45,301 nt of DNA, taken from Gemmatimonadota bacterium. Its GTDB lineage: Bacteria; Gemmatimonadota; Gemmatimonadetes; JACCXV01; JAHWKZ01. Positions within the stretch are counted from its first letter, which is position 1. Each line of letters begins with the position of its first letter. Below, one piece after another: positions 1 through 9,900 of the stretch. The position numbers and the translations under genes were made by a program. A model generated the notes under the pieces. That model did no database searches and was not told the DNA's origin. It worked only from the letters and a program-made list of their open reading frames with translations. The DNA lies in the NCBI GenBank assembly GCA_035281565.1, contig DATEDS010000209.1:1-45301 (forward strand), written 5' to 3'.

Positions 1-733
1 TCGCATCCTGGATGACCGGCGCCGCCCTGATGCTGCCCCGCACACCCGCTGCCATACTGACAACGGATCCCACGCGCAGTATTCCGCCGATTCCCGGATC
101 GCCCGGAGCGACCCGCAGCTTCACACCGTTGAACTCCAGCTCGGCCGGCCCGGCCTCCCCTGACCCTGTCGTCCGCGCGATGGTTCCTCCCGACGCCGCG
201 TCCTCGATCGCGTATCCTCCCTGCTCGTCCCGAAGAACCCGGTAGGTCCCGGCTGGGGCCGCCGAGTCAATGCTGAAGGCCGTGAACGCGTCCTCGGGCC
301 GCAGGATTTCGCCCTTTGCGTCCACCGATACGTGAAGAGCGAGTTCCCGGACGACGGGCTCGATCACCCGGCCGCTCGTGATCAGCCTGATCTCGGTCTC
401 GACCGGGTTGTCCGTGGTGCCTACCCCTTCGAGCACCTCCAGGGCCGAGGCATTGCTGCGAGGCCTTTCCTGAATGAGCACGGTCGCGTTCGATTCGAAC
501 AGTTCGGGCATGCGGGCGGTGAGCACCGCGGCAACGGCCAGCGCCAGGACGGCGCAGACGCCGATCGTCCACTTGCGCCGCCACAGCATCTCGACGATCC
601 CTGAGAGATCGATCAGGGACTCCTCCGGCTCGGGGGCCACAGGGACGTAGACGGCGGGCCCGTCCGAGGGGCCCGGCCACTGTCGAGCACGGTGGGCTGG
701 AAGCCTCGAGCCGTCTTCCTCAGGGGGAGTCAT
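1..733 (-). CDS. Polysaccharide chain-length determinant / co-polymerase (Wzz/PCP family), N-terminal part; the 3' end lies beyond the left window edge
   Basis: Own minus-strand translation from ATG 733-731; it is absent from the ORF track because there is no stop in the window. Sequence: MTPPEEDGSRLPAHRARQW...IDLSGIVEMLWRRKWTIGVCAVLALAVAAVLTARMPELFESNATVLIQE... This gives a short cytoplasmic N-terminus, one TM helix, then an extracytoplasmic region, which is the typical Wzz-domain layout. It lies next to a Wzx-like flippase. Confidence 0.6.
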   Translation of the reverse strand, partial: MTPPEEDGSRLPAHRARQWPGPSDGPAVYVPVAPEPEESLIDLSGIVEMLWRRKWTIGVCAVLALAVAAVLTARMPELFESNATVLIQERPRSNASALEVLEGVGTTDNPVETEIRLITSGRVIEPVVRELALHVSVDAKGEILRPEDAFTAFSIDSAAPAGTYRVLRDEQGGYAIEDAASGGTIARTTGSGEAGPAELEFNGVKLRVAPGDPGIGGILRVGSVVSMAAGVRGSIRAAPVIQDA

Positions 734-1008
734 GGTCGGTATACCTTCTTGACGGCCTTTGAGTTCGCGGCGCTGGGGGTGCCGGTCTCCGCAATTCGGA
801 TCTCTCGACTGCTCTGCAAGCTAGATGCCAAACAGGAAAAACTCGACGCGTTCCTGCCCAATGCCGTCCGGAATCACAGAATACTGTGGCCCAGGGGAAA
901 AAGTTCCGCGAGGGAGAAGGCTCTGACGGGACCGGCCCGGGGTCGCCGCGGATACTTCCTCCGCGCGCCTTTGACACCCCACGAAAGGTAGTGCCGGAGA
1001 AGGAAATA

Positions 1009-1036
1009 GGAAAGGCTCGCTCGAGCGAGGATTTCC
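1009..1036 (-). terminator. Candidate intrinsic terminator downstream of the flippase gene
   Basis: Inverted repeat ggaaaggctcgc/tcgagcgaggatttcc (ggaaa..tttcc plus the ctcgctc/gagcgag core), 12 nt after the stop at 1048. On the minus strand it is followed by the moderately T-rich tatttccttctcc. Confidence 0.35.
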
Positions 1037-1047
1037 GGCTCCGAGGG

Positions 1048-2643
1048 TCAGCGGCCCCCGAAGAGACCCCTCAGCCGCACCCGGACGCGCTCGTAGACGA
1101 TCCGGTCCTCGGCGTCCATGCCCGTCACCCATAGGGCTGCGGTGTATGCGGCCCCTGCGAGGGCGAGCCCGAGGAGGTCCAAGTAGAGGCTGCGCTCGAC
1201 CAGCCCCCGCCAGAGCAAGAGCACGACCCCGGCGGCGCATGTCGCAGCGATCGGCTTGAGAAAGCTACGGCCGTATGGCTGGATACCGATGAGCCACCTT
1301 GCCGCCAAGACCATCACGAGGTTGCTGAGTGCTCCGGCGGCGGAGTGGATAACGGCCATACCCATCACCCCATGATGTGGCACGATGAGCCACGCCGCGG
1401 ATATGTAAAGAGTCCAGATGCCGATAGAGTTCACGAGATTGGTGATCGGATAGCCCGCCATCGTGACGAGTGCTCCGCAGAGACCGGTCCCCACCTGAAA
1501 CAAGGTTCCCATTGCGATGACCGAGGTCAGAACGGTTGCTTCCTGCACAGTGGTCCCGCCGAGGATCCGTACAAATGGCTCGGGAAGAATGACGAGGGAG
1601 ACGATGAGACCGAAGGAGCAGCTCGCGACCCAGCGGTTGACGGTCTGGTAGATCGTCCCGAGCCGCTCCGTTTCCTTCCGTTCGACGAGGTCCACGACGA
1701 TGGGCTGCCAGATGCTTATAAAAGCTTGAGGAAAGATGAACACGATTCCCTGGAGGGAAGTGGCCACGGCGAAGAGCGCGACGTCCCGGTCAGTCCCGAA
1801 GATGCCCAGAATAAGCGTCCCGAAGTTTCCCCACCGCATGGCGCGGGACCCCGCGCGTGGGAGGCCGAAAGCGGCCATCGAGCGGAAGGATGAGGTTGGA
1901 TGAGGTTCTCGCGGCGCCTCCGGGACCAGACCGCGGAAGAACCAGCTGGCCGCGACCAGGGCGACCGCCGCGCTCCCGAGCAAGGCTCCCACGGCTCCTG
2001 CCACACCGTAGCCGGCTACGATGGCCAGTGTAGACAGGAGCAGGAGCGAGACGGGCTGGAGGACGTCCGCGACCAGAACCGACGGCACGACCGTCTTGAA
2101 TCCCATCGCTCCCGTGCTGAGGACCTTCGCCAGCGCGAACAGCGGCACGAAGGCCGCACCAAGCCGGAGGAGGAATGCCATCTCCCGTTCTTGAGATGGC
2201 TGGTCGGCGAACGCGGCCGCGATCGGGTCGGCGGCGAGGTAAAAGCCCAGAAAGAGGACGAGAGATACGATCGTCACGGTCGTGACCGCCGTGCGCGTGG
2301 CGCTCCGGACCGCGCCCAACACCCGTCTCGCGCGGGCCTGAGCCACGCTCCTGAGGAGGGCGCCGTCGAAACCCAGCATGGCGATCGTGCTCGTCGTGAT
2401 GAGAAGCTGGGCGATCTGCCGGTAGACGCCAAAGCCGGCGGCTCCGAGGAGACGTATGGCCATCGCCACGAAGAGGAGACCGGCCACCCGGTTCGTCCCC
2501 GTGCCGACGAACTGGATCACGCTGCCCTTTGCGACTGCGCGGAGATCCGAGGCGCGAGCCGTTGTTCCCCTCGAATCTTCCTCGAAGGGGGCGGGCGGGA
2601 TCGGAGAATCCTCTCCGAGACTCGATTCGCGCTTCGGGGTCAT
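1048..2643 (-). CDS. Wzx-like oligosaccharide/polysaccharide flippase (MOP superfamily polysaccharide biosynthesis protein)
   Basis: Track ORF 1048..2700. It is polytopic and hydrophobic throughout, with about 12-14 predicted helices and the typical N-terminal ...AKGSVIQFVGTGTNRVAGLLFVAMAIRLLGAAGFG. The start is ambiguous: ATG 2643 (MTPKRESS...) or ATG 2700. Confidence 0.7.
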   Translation of the reverse strand: MTPKRESSLGEDSPIPPAPFEEDSRGTTARASDLRAVAKGSVIQFVGTGTNRVAGLLFVAMAIRLLGAAGFGVYRQIAQLLITTSTIAMLGFDGALLRSVAQARARRVLGAVRSATRTAVTTVTIVSLVLFLGFYLAADPIAAAFADQPSQEREMAFLLRLGAAFVPLFALAKVLSTGAMGFKTVVPSVLVADVLQPVSLLLLSTLAIVAGYGVAGAVGALLGSAAVALVAASWFFRGLVPEAPREPHPTSSFRSMAAFGLPRAGSRAMRWGNFGTLILGIFGTDRDVALFAVATSLQGIVFIFPQAFISIWQPIVVDLVERKETERLGTIYQTVNRWVASCSFGLIVSLVILPEPFVRILGGTTVQEATVLTSVIAMGTLFQVGTGLCGALVTMAGYPITNLVNSIGIWTLYISAAWLIVPHHGVMGMAVIHSAAGALSNLVMVLAARWLIGIQPYGRSFLKPIAATCAAGVVLLLWRGLVERSLYLDLLGLALAGAAYTAALWVTGMDAEDRIVYERVRVRLRGLFGGR

Positions 2644-2762
2644 CCGGCTATTCCATGCAAAGGACGAGCCCGGCGAGCTGCAAGGAGATGGAGGAACCAA
2701 CCCGTGGGACTAGATTCAAGTCGGCGCTTTCTCCAGCCCTGCGGATCCATCTCGGCGAGAAC

Positions 2763-3680
2763 TCACGGAATGCAATCGCCGCGGCCGCCGTCGCTGAAGT
2801 TGCCGCCCGCGATCGGAACGAAATCCCATTCGTAACGACCGCGGAAAAGCTCCAGCTTGAGGACTCCGTGGGTCTGGGCGTTGCGGACCTCGCTGTGGGG
2901 CTTGATGTCGACGAAGGGATCGAGGGTGTCCCCGCCCGTTCCCACGACGAAGGAGCGGAGACCGTTGGGGTCGGGATTCCCGTCGGCGTCGAGGGGCGCG
3001 AAACGCTCATAGTCGTGGTCGTGGGCTTGGAGCAGCACGTCGACGTTCGCACTGTCCAGGATCGCCCAGAAGGGGCGCATCCTGCGGAAATTGCCTTTCT
3101 CGCCCGAGGAGAATCGCGGGTGGTGCCAGTAGGCCAGCGCACATTCTGTCGGATTGGCTGCGAGGTCGGCGCGAAGCCAATGAGCCTGGGGAGAGTCCGA
3201 CCCGACGTCGATGTTGCTGTTGAGCGCGATGATGTGCCAGGATCCCAGATCGTAGCTGTAGTATCCGAGACCCGGGGAACCGGCTCGTGCACCGAAATAT
3301 TCAAAGTAGGGCGCGGCATTCTCCGTCCGAACATCATGGTTCCCCAGGATGGGGCGGGTGCGGGCCTTGTGACGACCCCAGGTGGGTTCGTAGCAGTTTG
3401 CGAACTCCTCCCGGGTTCCGCTCTCGTACGCGTTGTCCCCGAGAGTAACGACGGTGCCGTCGATACCGTCGAGGAGCTTGGCGGTAGCTTCGTCCGTCTC
3501 CACGAAGCAGTTGGCGATGTCGCCGGCTCCGACGAGGACGGCCTCGGGCAACGTTCCGCCGTTCGGGTCAGGGCCAGGCTCGTTCGGGTCGGACACCGAT
3601 GAGCCGCTGCAGGCCAGCGCCGCGAGGATCACGGGAACGAGACGCTCGAGGAGCCAGGCGGGTACGCGCATCGGGTCCAT
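2763..3680 (-). CDS. Secreted/lipoprotein metallophosphoesterase (calcineurin-like)
   Basis: Motifs GAGDIANC, LGDNAYESG, GNHD and LQAHDHDYER. Lipobox-like signal MRVPAWLLERLVPVILAALAC|SGSS. I place the start at ATG 3680 (MDPMRV...), preceded by gaaggtg 4 nt upstream. The track start 3731 would add 17 aa with no SD. Confidence 0.75.
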   Translation of the reverse strand: MDPMRVPAWLLERLVPVILAALACSGSSVSDPNEPGPDPNGGTLPEAVLVGAGDIANCFVETDEATAKLLDGIDGTVVTLGDNAYESGTREEFANCYEPTWGRHKARTRPILGNHDVRTENAAPYFEYFGARAGSPGLGYYSYDLGSWHIIALNSNIDVGSDSPQAHWLRADLAANPTECALAYWHHPRFSSGEKGNFRRMRPFWAILDSANVDVLLQAHDHDYERFAPLDADGNPDPNGLRSFVVGTGGDTLDPFVDIKPHSEVRNAQTHGVLKLELFRGRYEWDFVPIAGGNFSDGGRGDCIP

Positions 3681-3742
3681 GATCACCTTCTTTCGTTGCT
3701 TACACTCTACAAGCGGTCCGTTCCACCACACATTCGAACGAA

Positions 3743-3833
3743 TGGCGGAGAGGGCGGGATTCGAACCCGCGAGACGCTGTTAACGTCTACGCGATTTCCA
3801 GTCGCGCTCCTTCGACCGCTCGGACACCTCTCC
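3743..3833 (-). tRNA. tRNA-Ser (anticodon GGA), CCA encoded
   Basis: The reverse complement folds by hand. Acceptor GGAGAGG/CCTCTCC, anticodon stem CGCGA/TCGCG with loop CTGGAAA, long variable arm (GACG..CGTC), T arm GCGGG-TTCGAAT-CCCGC, discriminator G plus CCA. Confidence 0.9.
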
Positions 3834-3911
3834 GCGACACCCAAAGTACGCCACCGCCGGGAGCCGTACCAAGCCGCGCCCGATGCCGCTCGGGGCCGGT
3901 CCCGGGACCTG

Positions 3912-6900
3912 TCAACCCAGGGTCACCCGAACGATGTGCGTCCGACCGTCGTCGACCAGCGGGATCCGGGCGCCGCTCGGCGGCTCAAGGGGACGGCCGG
4001 GATTGCCCCCTACGTGCGCCCCGACCCCCACCCGCTCGCCGTCCACCGTCGCCGTTACTTCGCCCCAGCCGCGCTCGGGCACCTCGTCCCCGTCCAGCTC
4101 GACCCGCCGCACCCCCCGCATGACCCCTTCCGGGTTGTGCACGGCGATCTCGTAGTCGGCCGAGTGATAGCGGAACGAGATCTCGAAGCCGGGCCAATCG
4201 CGCGGGATGCAGGGGTCGAAGTGGAGTGCCGTACCCCGCAGCCGGAAGCCCAGGATCCATTCCACGCCGGCGCGGTACATCCAGCCCGCCGATCCGGTGT
4301 ACCAGGTCCATCCTCCCCGCCCGACGTGCGGCGGCTCGGCATAGACGTCGGCCACCGCCACGTAGGGCTCGACCTTGTAGCGATGGATCCCGGCCCGGGT
4401 CGAGGCGTGGTTGATGGGGTTCAGGATCGAGAACAGCTCGGCCGCCTTGTCGCCGTCCCCCAACTCGGCGAACGCGATGACCGACCAGATCGCGGCATGC
4501 GTGTACTGTCCGCCGTTCTCGCGGATCCCCGGCACGTACCCCTTGATGTAGCCGGGGTCGAGCGGCGTCCGGTCGAAGGGAGGCGTGAACAGGAGCACGA
4601 GGCCGTCCCCGCGTCGGACAAGGTACTGCTCGACCGCCTTCATGGCGTGGGCCGCCCGGTCCCTCGGGGCCACCCCCGACAGGACCGCCCACGATTGGGC
4701 GATCGAGTCGATGCGGCACTCCTCGTTGGTCGCCGAGCCGATCGGGGTGCCGTCATCGAAGTACGCGCGGCGGTACCAGTCGCCGTCCCACCCGTGCTCC
4801 TCGAGGGCGAGCGCGACCCGGTCGACGTAGGCGCGCCACCGATCCACCCGGTCCAGGTCTCCGCGCCGGCCGGCGAGGTCCAGGAACCCCCGCAGCGTCA
4901 GAAGCAGAAACCAGGCCAGCCACACGCTCTCCCCTTTCCCCCCCTCGCCGACCCGGTTCATCCCGTCGTTCCAGTCGCCGGTCCCCATGAGCGGCAGCCC
5001 GTGCGGTCCGAGCCCCAGGCTCACGTCGAGTGCCCGTGCGCAGTGCTCGTAGAGGCTTCCCGTCTCCGCCGAGACCTCGGGGACCAGGTATCGCTCGTGC
5101 TCCCCCTCCGTGAGCGGTTCCCCCGCCAGGAAGGGGATCTCCTCGTCCAGGATTTCCTCGTCCCCGGTCACTCCCAGGTAATGGAGGAGGGTCAACGGGA
5201 GCCATGCCCGGTCGTCGGTGATGCGCGTCCGGACCCCCTTGCCGGTCGGCGGGTGCCACCAGTGCAGGACGTCACCTTCCGCGAACTGATGGGCCGCCGC
5301 CCGCAGGAGGTGCTCGCGCACGATCTCGCGCCGGGCCACGACCAGCGCCGCCACGTCCTGGAGCTGGTCGCGGAACCCGTACGCTCCACCCGACTGGTAG
5401 AACGCCGAGCGCGCCCACGTCCGGCACGACAGCGCCTGATACAGGAGCCAGCGGTTCAGCATGATCGACATCGAGTAGTCGGGCGTCCGGACCTGAAGCG
5501 CCCCCAGGACGTCCTCCCACCAGGTCTCGACGGCTGCGAGCACCCGGTCCAGGTCGGCGGTCCGGTAATGGGCGATCAGGCGCCGCGCCTGCTCCCGGTC
5601 CTCCCCCTGCCCGAGCAGGAAGACGACCTCCACGGTGCCGCCCGGCGGGAGGGTCACGTATCGCCGGAGCGCGCCGCACGGGTCCCACCCCGTCCCGACG
5701 CGCCCGGAGAGCCGTCGGCCGGGGATCATCGCCGCCGGGTGACGAGGGGTACCGTTACGCCCCAGGAACTCGCCCCGATCGGCCGTCCACTCGTCCTGCT
5801 GACCGCGCAGGTCGGCGAAGGCGACCCGCTCCGCGAACACCGGGTTCCATCGGTTCCAGGCCGTCAGGGCGCGAGTTTCCTCGTCCATCGAGGTCACGAT
5901 CATCGGGGCGCTCTTCCCCCGCTCCACACCCAGCACCCATTCGACGTAGGCGGTCACCGAGAGCCGCCGCGGACGATCCGACAGGTTGCGGAGCGTCAGC
6001 CGCGAGATCTTCACCGGGTCGTCGACCGGCACGAACTGGACGAGCCGGCTGGCGATCTCGTGATACTGGACCTCGAAACGGCTGTAGCCCTGCCCGTGGG
6101 CCACCTGGTAAGGGGTCGACTGGCGGATCGGGAGCGGCGTCGGCGTCCAGACGGTCCCCGTGTCCTCGTCCCGCAGGTAAAGCGCCTCGCCGACCGGGTC
6201 GGACACGGCGTCGTTGGACCACGGCGTGAGGCGGTTCTCGCGGCTGTTGATCGCCCAGGTGAAGCCCGCCCCCGCCTCGGACACCTGGAATCCGAACACC
6301 GGGTTGGCGACCACGTTGATCCACGGCGCCGGCGTCCACTGGCCTTCCCCCAGGATGGTGACGTACTCCCGTCCCGCTTCGGCGAATCCGCCCAGGCCGT
6401 TGAAGAACGAGAGCCGGGGCCGGGGGGGAGGTACGGACGCCGCCGGCGCCTGCACCCTGGGTCGTGGCGGCGGGATGACCTCGGCTTCCTCCCGCAGGGC
6501 GACCTCGAGCTGCTCCGCCAGCGACCCGTGATGGCTGAGGAGCTCCGCTCTCGCCACCGCGCGGAGCAGGAGCCGGTCTTCCTCGGAGATCTGGTCCCCC
6601 CTCAGGATGAAGATCTCGCCGTGTCCTGGGTGAACCTCGTGACGGGCGCTGGACTGGCTCACGCGGATGCTCCGCTCCAGCCAGTCCTGGAGCTCTTCGG
6701 CGTAGGAGTGGGGGTGCTCGTTGAGGATCACCAGGTCCACCGCCATCCCCTTCATGCCCCAGTATTCGTGGGCGCGGATCAGATGGCGCACGATCTCCCG
6801 GTCGCGCAGGTGGTCGATGCGGACCAGCACGATCGGTCGGTCGCCCGACATTCCAAATCCCCACACCGCCTGCTGGCCGGCGAGATTCCCCGAGATCGTG

Positions 6901-9900
6901 CCCGAGGCCGGCCGCAGCACGGGATCCAGGTAAAGGATCCGGCTGGCCAGGCGCTGAAAGAGGTGCGCCTCGTCGGCTTCGATTCCGAGGTGCTGGAGCT
7001 GGACCTGGGCCTGGGTCCAGGCGAGGGCCGCCTCGCGCTCGAACGTGGCCGGCTCCCGATACTTGTCGACCAGGGCCAGCGCCTGGTCGCGGCTCCCCGC
7101 GACGAGGGTGGAGAACGTCAGCCGCGCCGACTCGCCCGATTGCAGGCGGACGGTGCGACGCAGGCTCAGAATCGGGTCCAGCACGGACCCTGTCGTGTTC
7201 GAGAGGGGCCGGCCCTCGAACACGCAGCTGGGGCGCCGCACCCCGTGGCCACGGTCCAGGAACCGCGCGCGGTCGGTTTCACACTGGATCGTGCCGACGG
7301 TCTCCCCGCCCACGGCCGCCACGACGTGTGCGGCCCACACCTCGGGATCGTCGCTCTCGCGCGGCCGGCGCGTGGCAATGATGGCGTCCAGCGAGGACAC
7401 GAACTCGGTCCGGACGAACAGGTTCTGGAACGCCGGGTGGGCGTCGTCCGCGGCGGGCGGGGCCAGGACCAGCTCCGCATAGCTCGTGACCTCGATCTCG
7501 CGCGGACGAGCGCCCAGGTTCTTGATCGTGAGGCGACGCAGCTCGCCGTCGTCCTCGGGTGCGACGATCACCTCCAGAGACGTCCAGACCGCGCTGTCGA
7601 GTCGATGGATCTCGGCCCGGTCTTCGGAGAAGAGGACTTCGTAGTGCTCCGGCTCGACGGCGGTCGGCTGGTACGAGGCGGACCACACCTCGCCGCTCGC
7701 GGTATCCCGCAGGTAGAGCCACTGCCCCCATGCGTCCCTGGTCGTGTCCTCACGCCACCGCGTGACCGCGCGCCCGAGGTGCCGGCTGTAGCCCGAACCG
7801 GCGTTCGTGAGCATGACGCTGTACCGGCCGTTCGAGAGCACGTGCGTCCGCGGGACGCGGGTGTGCGCCGTCCGAAAGCGGCGTATGGCCGGCGGCACGA
7901 TCTCGCGCACGTGGCGCACGGACTTCACCTCTTCGGGCCGCGGTCGGGCAACCGCCACGTCACGCGGAATCCGCTCCTGGAGAAGCAGCTCGGCGGCCCC
8001 GATCATCGGCACCTCGTGGAATCGCTCGCGGAAGATCCCGTGCTTCACCACGTTGTCGATCGCCGCGATCGTCATCCCCTGGTGGTGAGCCATGTAAGCG
8101 CGGACGACTTCGAACTCCTGATCCTTGGGCAGACGGATGGGGGTGAAGTCGAGCGCTTCGAAGAAGCCGAACGTCCCGGCGCTTTCCAGGGCCGCCAGAC
8201 GTTCCAGGTTGCGCACCGCGGCGCGCGGCTCGATCATCCCCGCCAGGGCCGTCGCGTAGGGCGCCACGACGAGGTCCTCACTGAGACCGCGCGTCAGGCC
8301 CAGCCCTGGAATTCCGAAGTGGGAGTATTGGTAGGTGAACGCGAGGTCACGAGCGTTGTAGGCCGACTCCGACACCCCCCATGGGATGCCGCGCTCCGCA
8401 CCGTACTGGATCTGCCGGCGGACCACGAGCCTCTGGGTGCGGTCGAGGAGCGTCCCGGCTGGCGCCTTCAGCACGAGATACGGCATGACATACTCGAACA
8501 TGGAGCCCGACCACGAGATGAGGGCCGAGTCGCGGCCGACCGGAGTCACCGGTCGCCCCAGGCGGAACCAGTGCTCGACGGGGACGTCTCCCTTGGCGAT
8601 GGCGACGAAGCTCGCCAGCCGCGCTTCGGTGGCGAGCAGGTCGTAGTACCCGCTGTCCAGCCGACCCTCCATCGGCCGGTACCCGATGGCGAAGAGCTCG
8701 CGGTCGCGGTCGTAGAGGATCCGGAAATCGGTTTCCTCCACCCACCGGTCGGCGCTGCCGGCCAGGCCGTTCAGACGGTCGGCGAGCGAGGCCGCCGACT
8801 CGCGCCCGCGGCGAACGGCCGCCCGGAGCGACTCGATCCAACCGCGCGCGGCCTCGACCTCGAGGTCGCCGGAATCGCGAAGCGTCCCCGACAGCTCGGC
8901 CAGCTCGGTCTCGGCGGTGCGGGCGATCCGCTGCACGGCGTTCGGCGACGGGATGACCGAGAGGACGTGGGCGGCTCGCTCCCATCGCTGCTGGCGCTCC
9001 GTGTCCGCCAGCAGCCACGCCGGCACGCCCCCGGCCAGGATCTCCCCCCAGGGAGCGACCGCGCGGAGGTCCTCCCGGTGCGAGGTCGCGGTTTCAGAGA
9101 CACGGACCGACCACGATCGCAGCTCGGCGGCCCCGGCGGCGCCCTCCTCGACCAGAACCTCGGCGACGTCGGTGAGGGTAGCCGCGGCATCCACGATCCG
9201 GTCCAGGAGAGTCGCCCAATCGGCCGGGGTCCCAGGCGCCTCGATCAGCGCCTCGGCAAGGGTCTGCAGGGACTCCTCCAGGTCGTGACGCGAGACGGTC
9301 CCTGTCCGGAGCGCCTCGGCCGGCGTCCGGGCCGCCTCGCGGGCCAGGGCGATGGCATCCTCGATCCCGTCTCGCGCCCGCCCTCCGAGAATCGGCCGGC
9401 GGGTCAGATCGCGGCTCCCATGGCCGATCACCAGGAGATGGCCAGCCAGGTTTCCGCTGTCCACGGTCGAGATGTAGCGTGGCTCCAGCGGTTGGAGGCT
9501 GCGCGTGTCGTACCAGTTGTAGAGATGGCCCGCGTGGCGCTCCAGACGGTGCATGCTCCCGAAGGTCCGTTCGAGCCTGGCGCCCAGCTCGCCGGTGCCG
9601 ATCCAGCCGAAGTCGTGCGCCGCCAGGACCGAGAGGAGGTACATCCCGATGTTGGTCGGCGACGTCCGATGGGCGACGACCGGCTCGGGGTCGATCTGCA
9701 GATTGTCGGGAGGCAGCCATCCGTCCTCCTCGTCCACCAGCTCCTCGAAGAAGCGCCACGTGCGACGGGCCAGCCGCCGCAGGTACGCCGTCGACTCCGG
9801 GTCGAGTTCCTCGACCCCCGGGTCCTTCAGCGGCCGGCTCAGCCAGAGGGCGACACCCGGGGCAACGAGCCAGAGCGCCACCACGGGAAGGGCCTCGAGG

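Noticed and set aside
3842-3852. The 11-nt motif caaagtacgcc, present at 3842-3852 and again at 13058-13068, as possible att-like direct repeats flanking cgs
   Set aside because: An 11-mer repeat is expected by chance many times in 45 kb. The second copy is simply one arm of the apical hairpin. There is no integrase or partial tRNA duplication.
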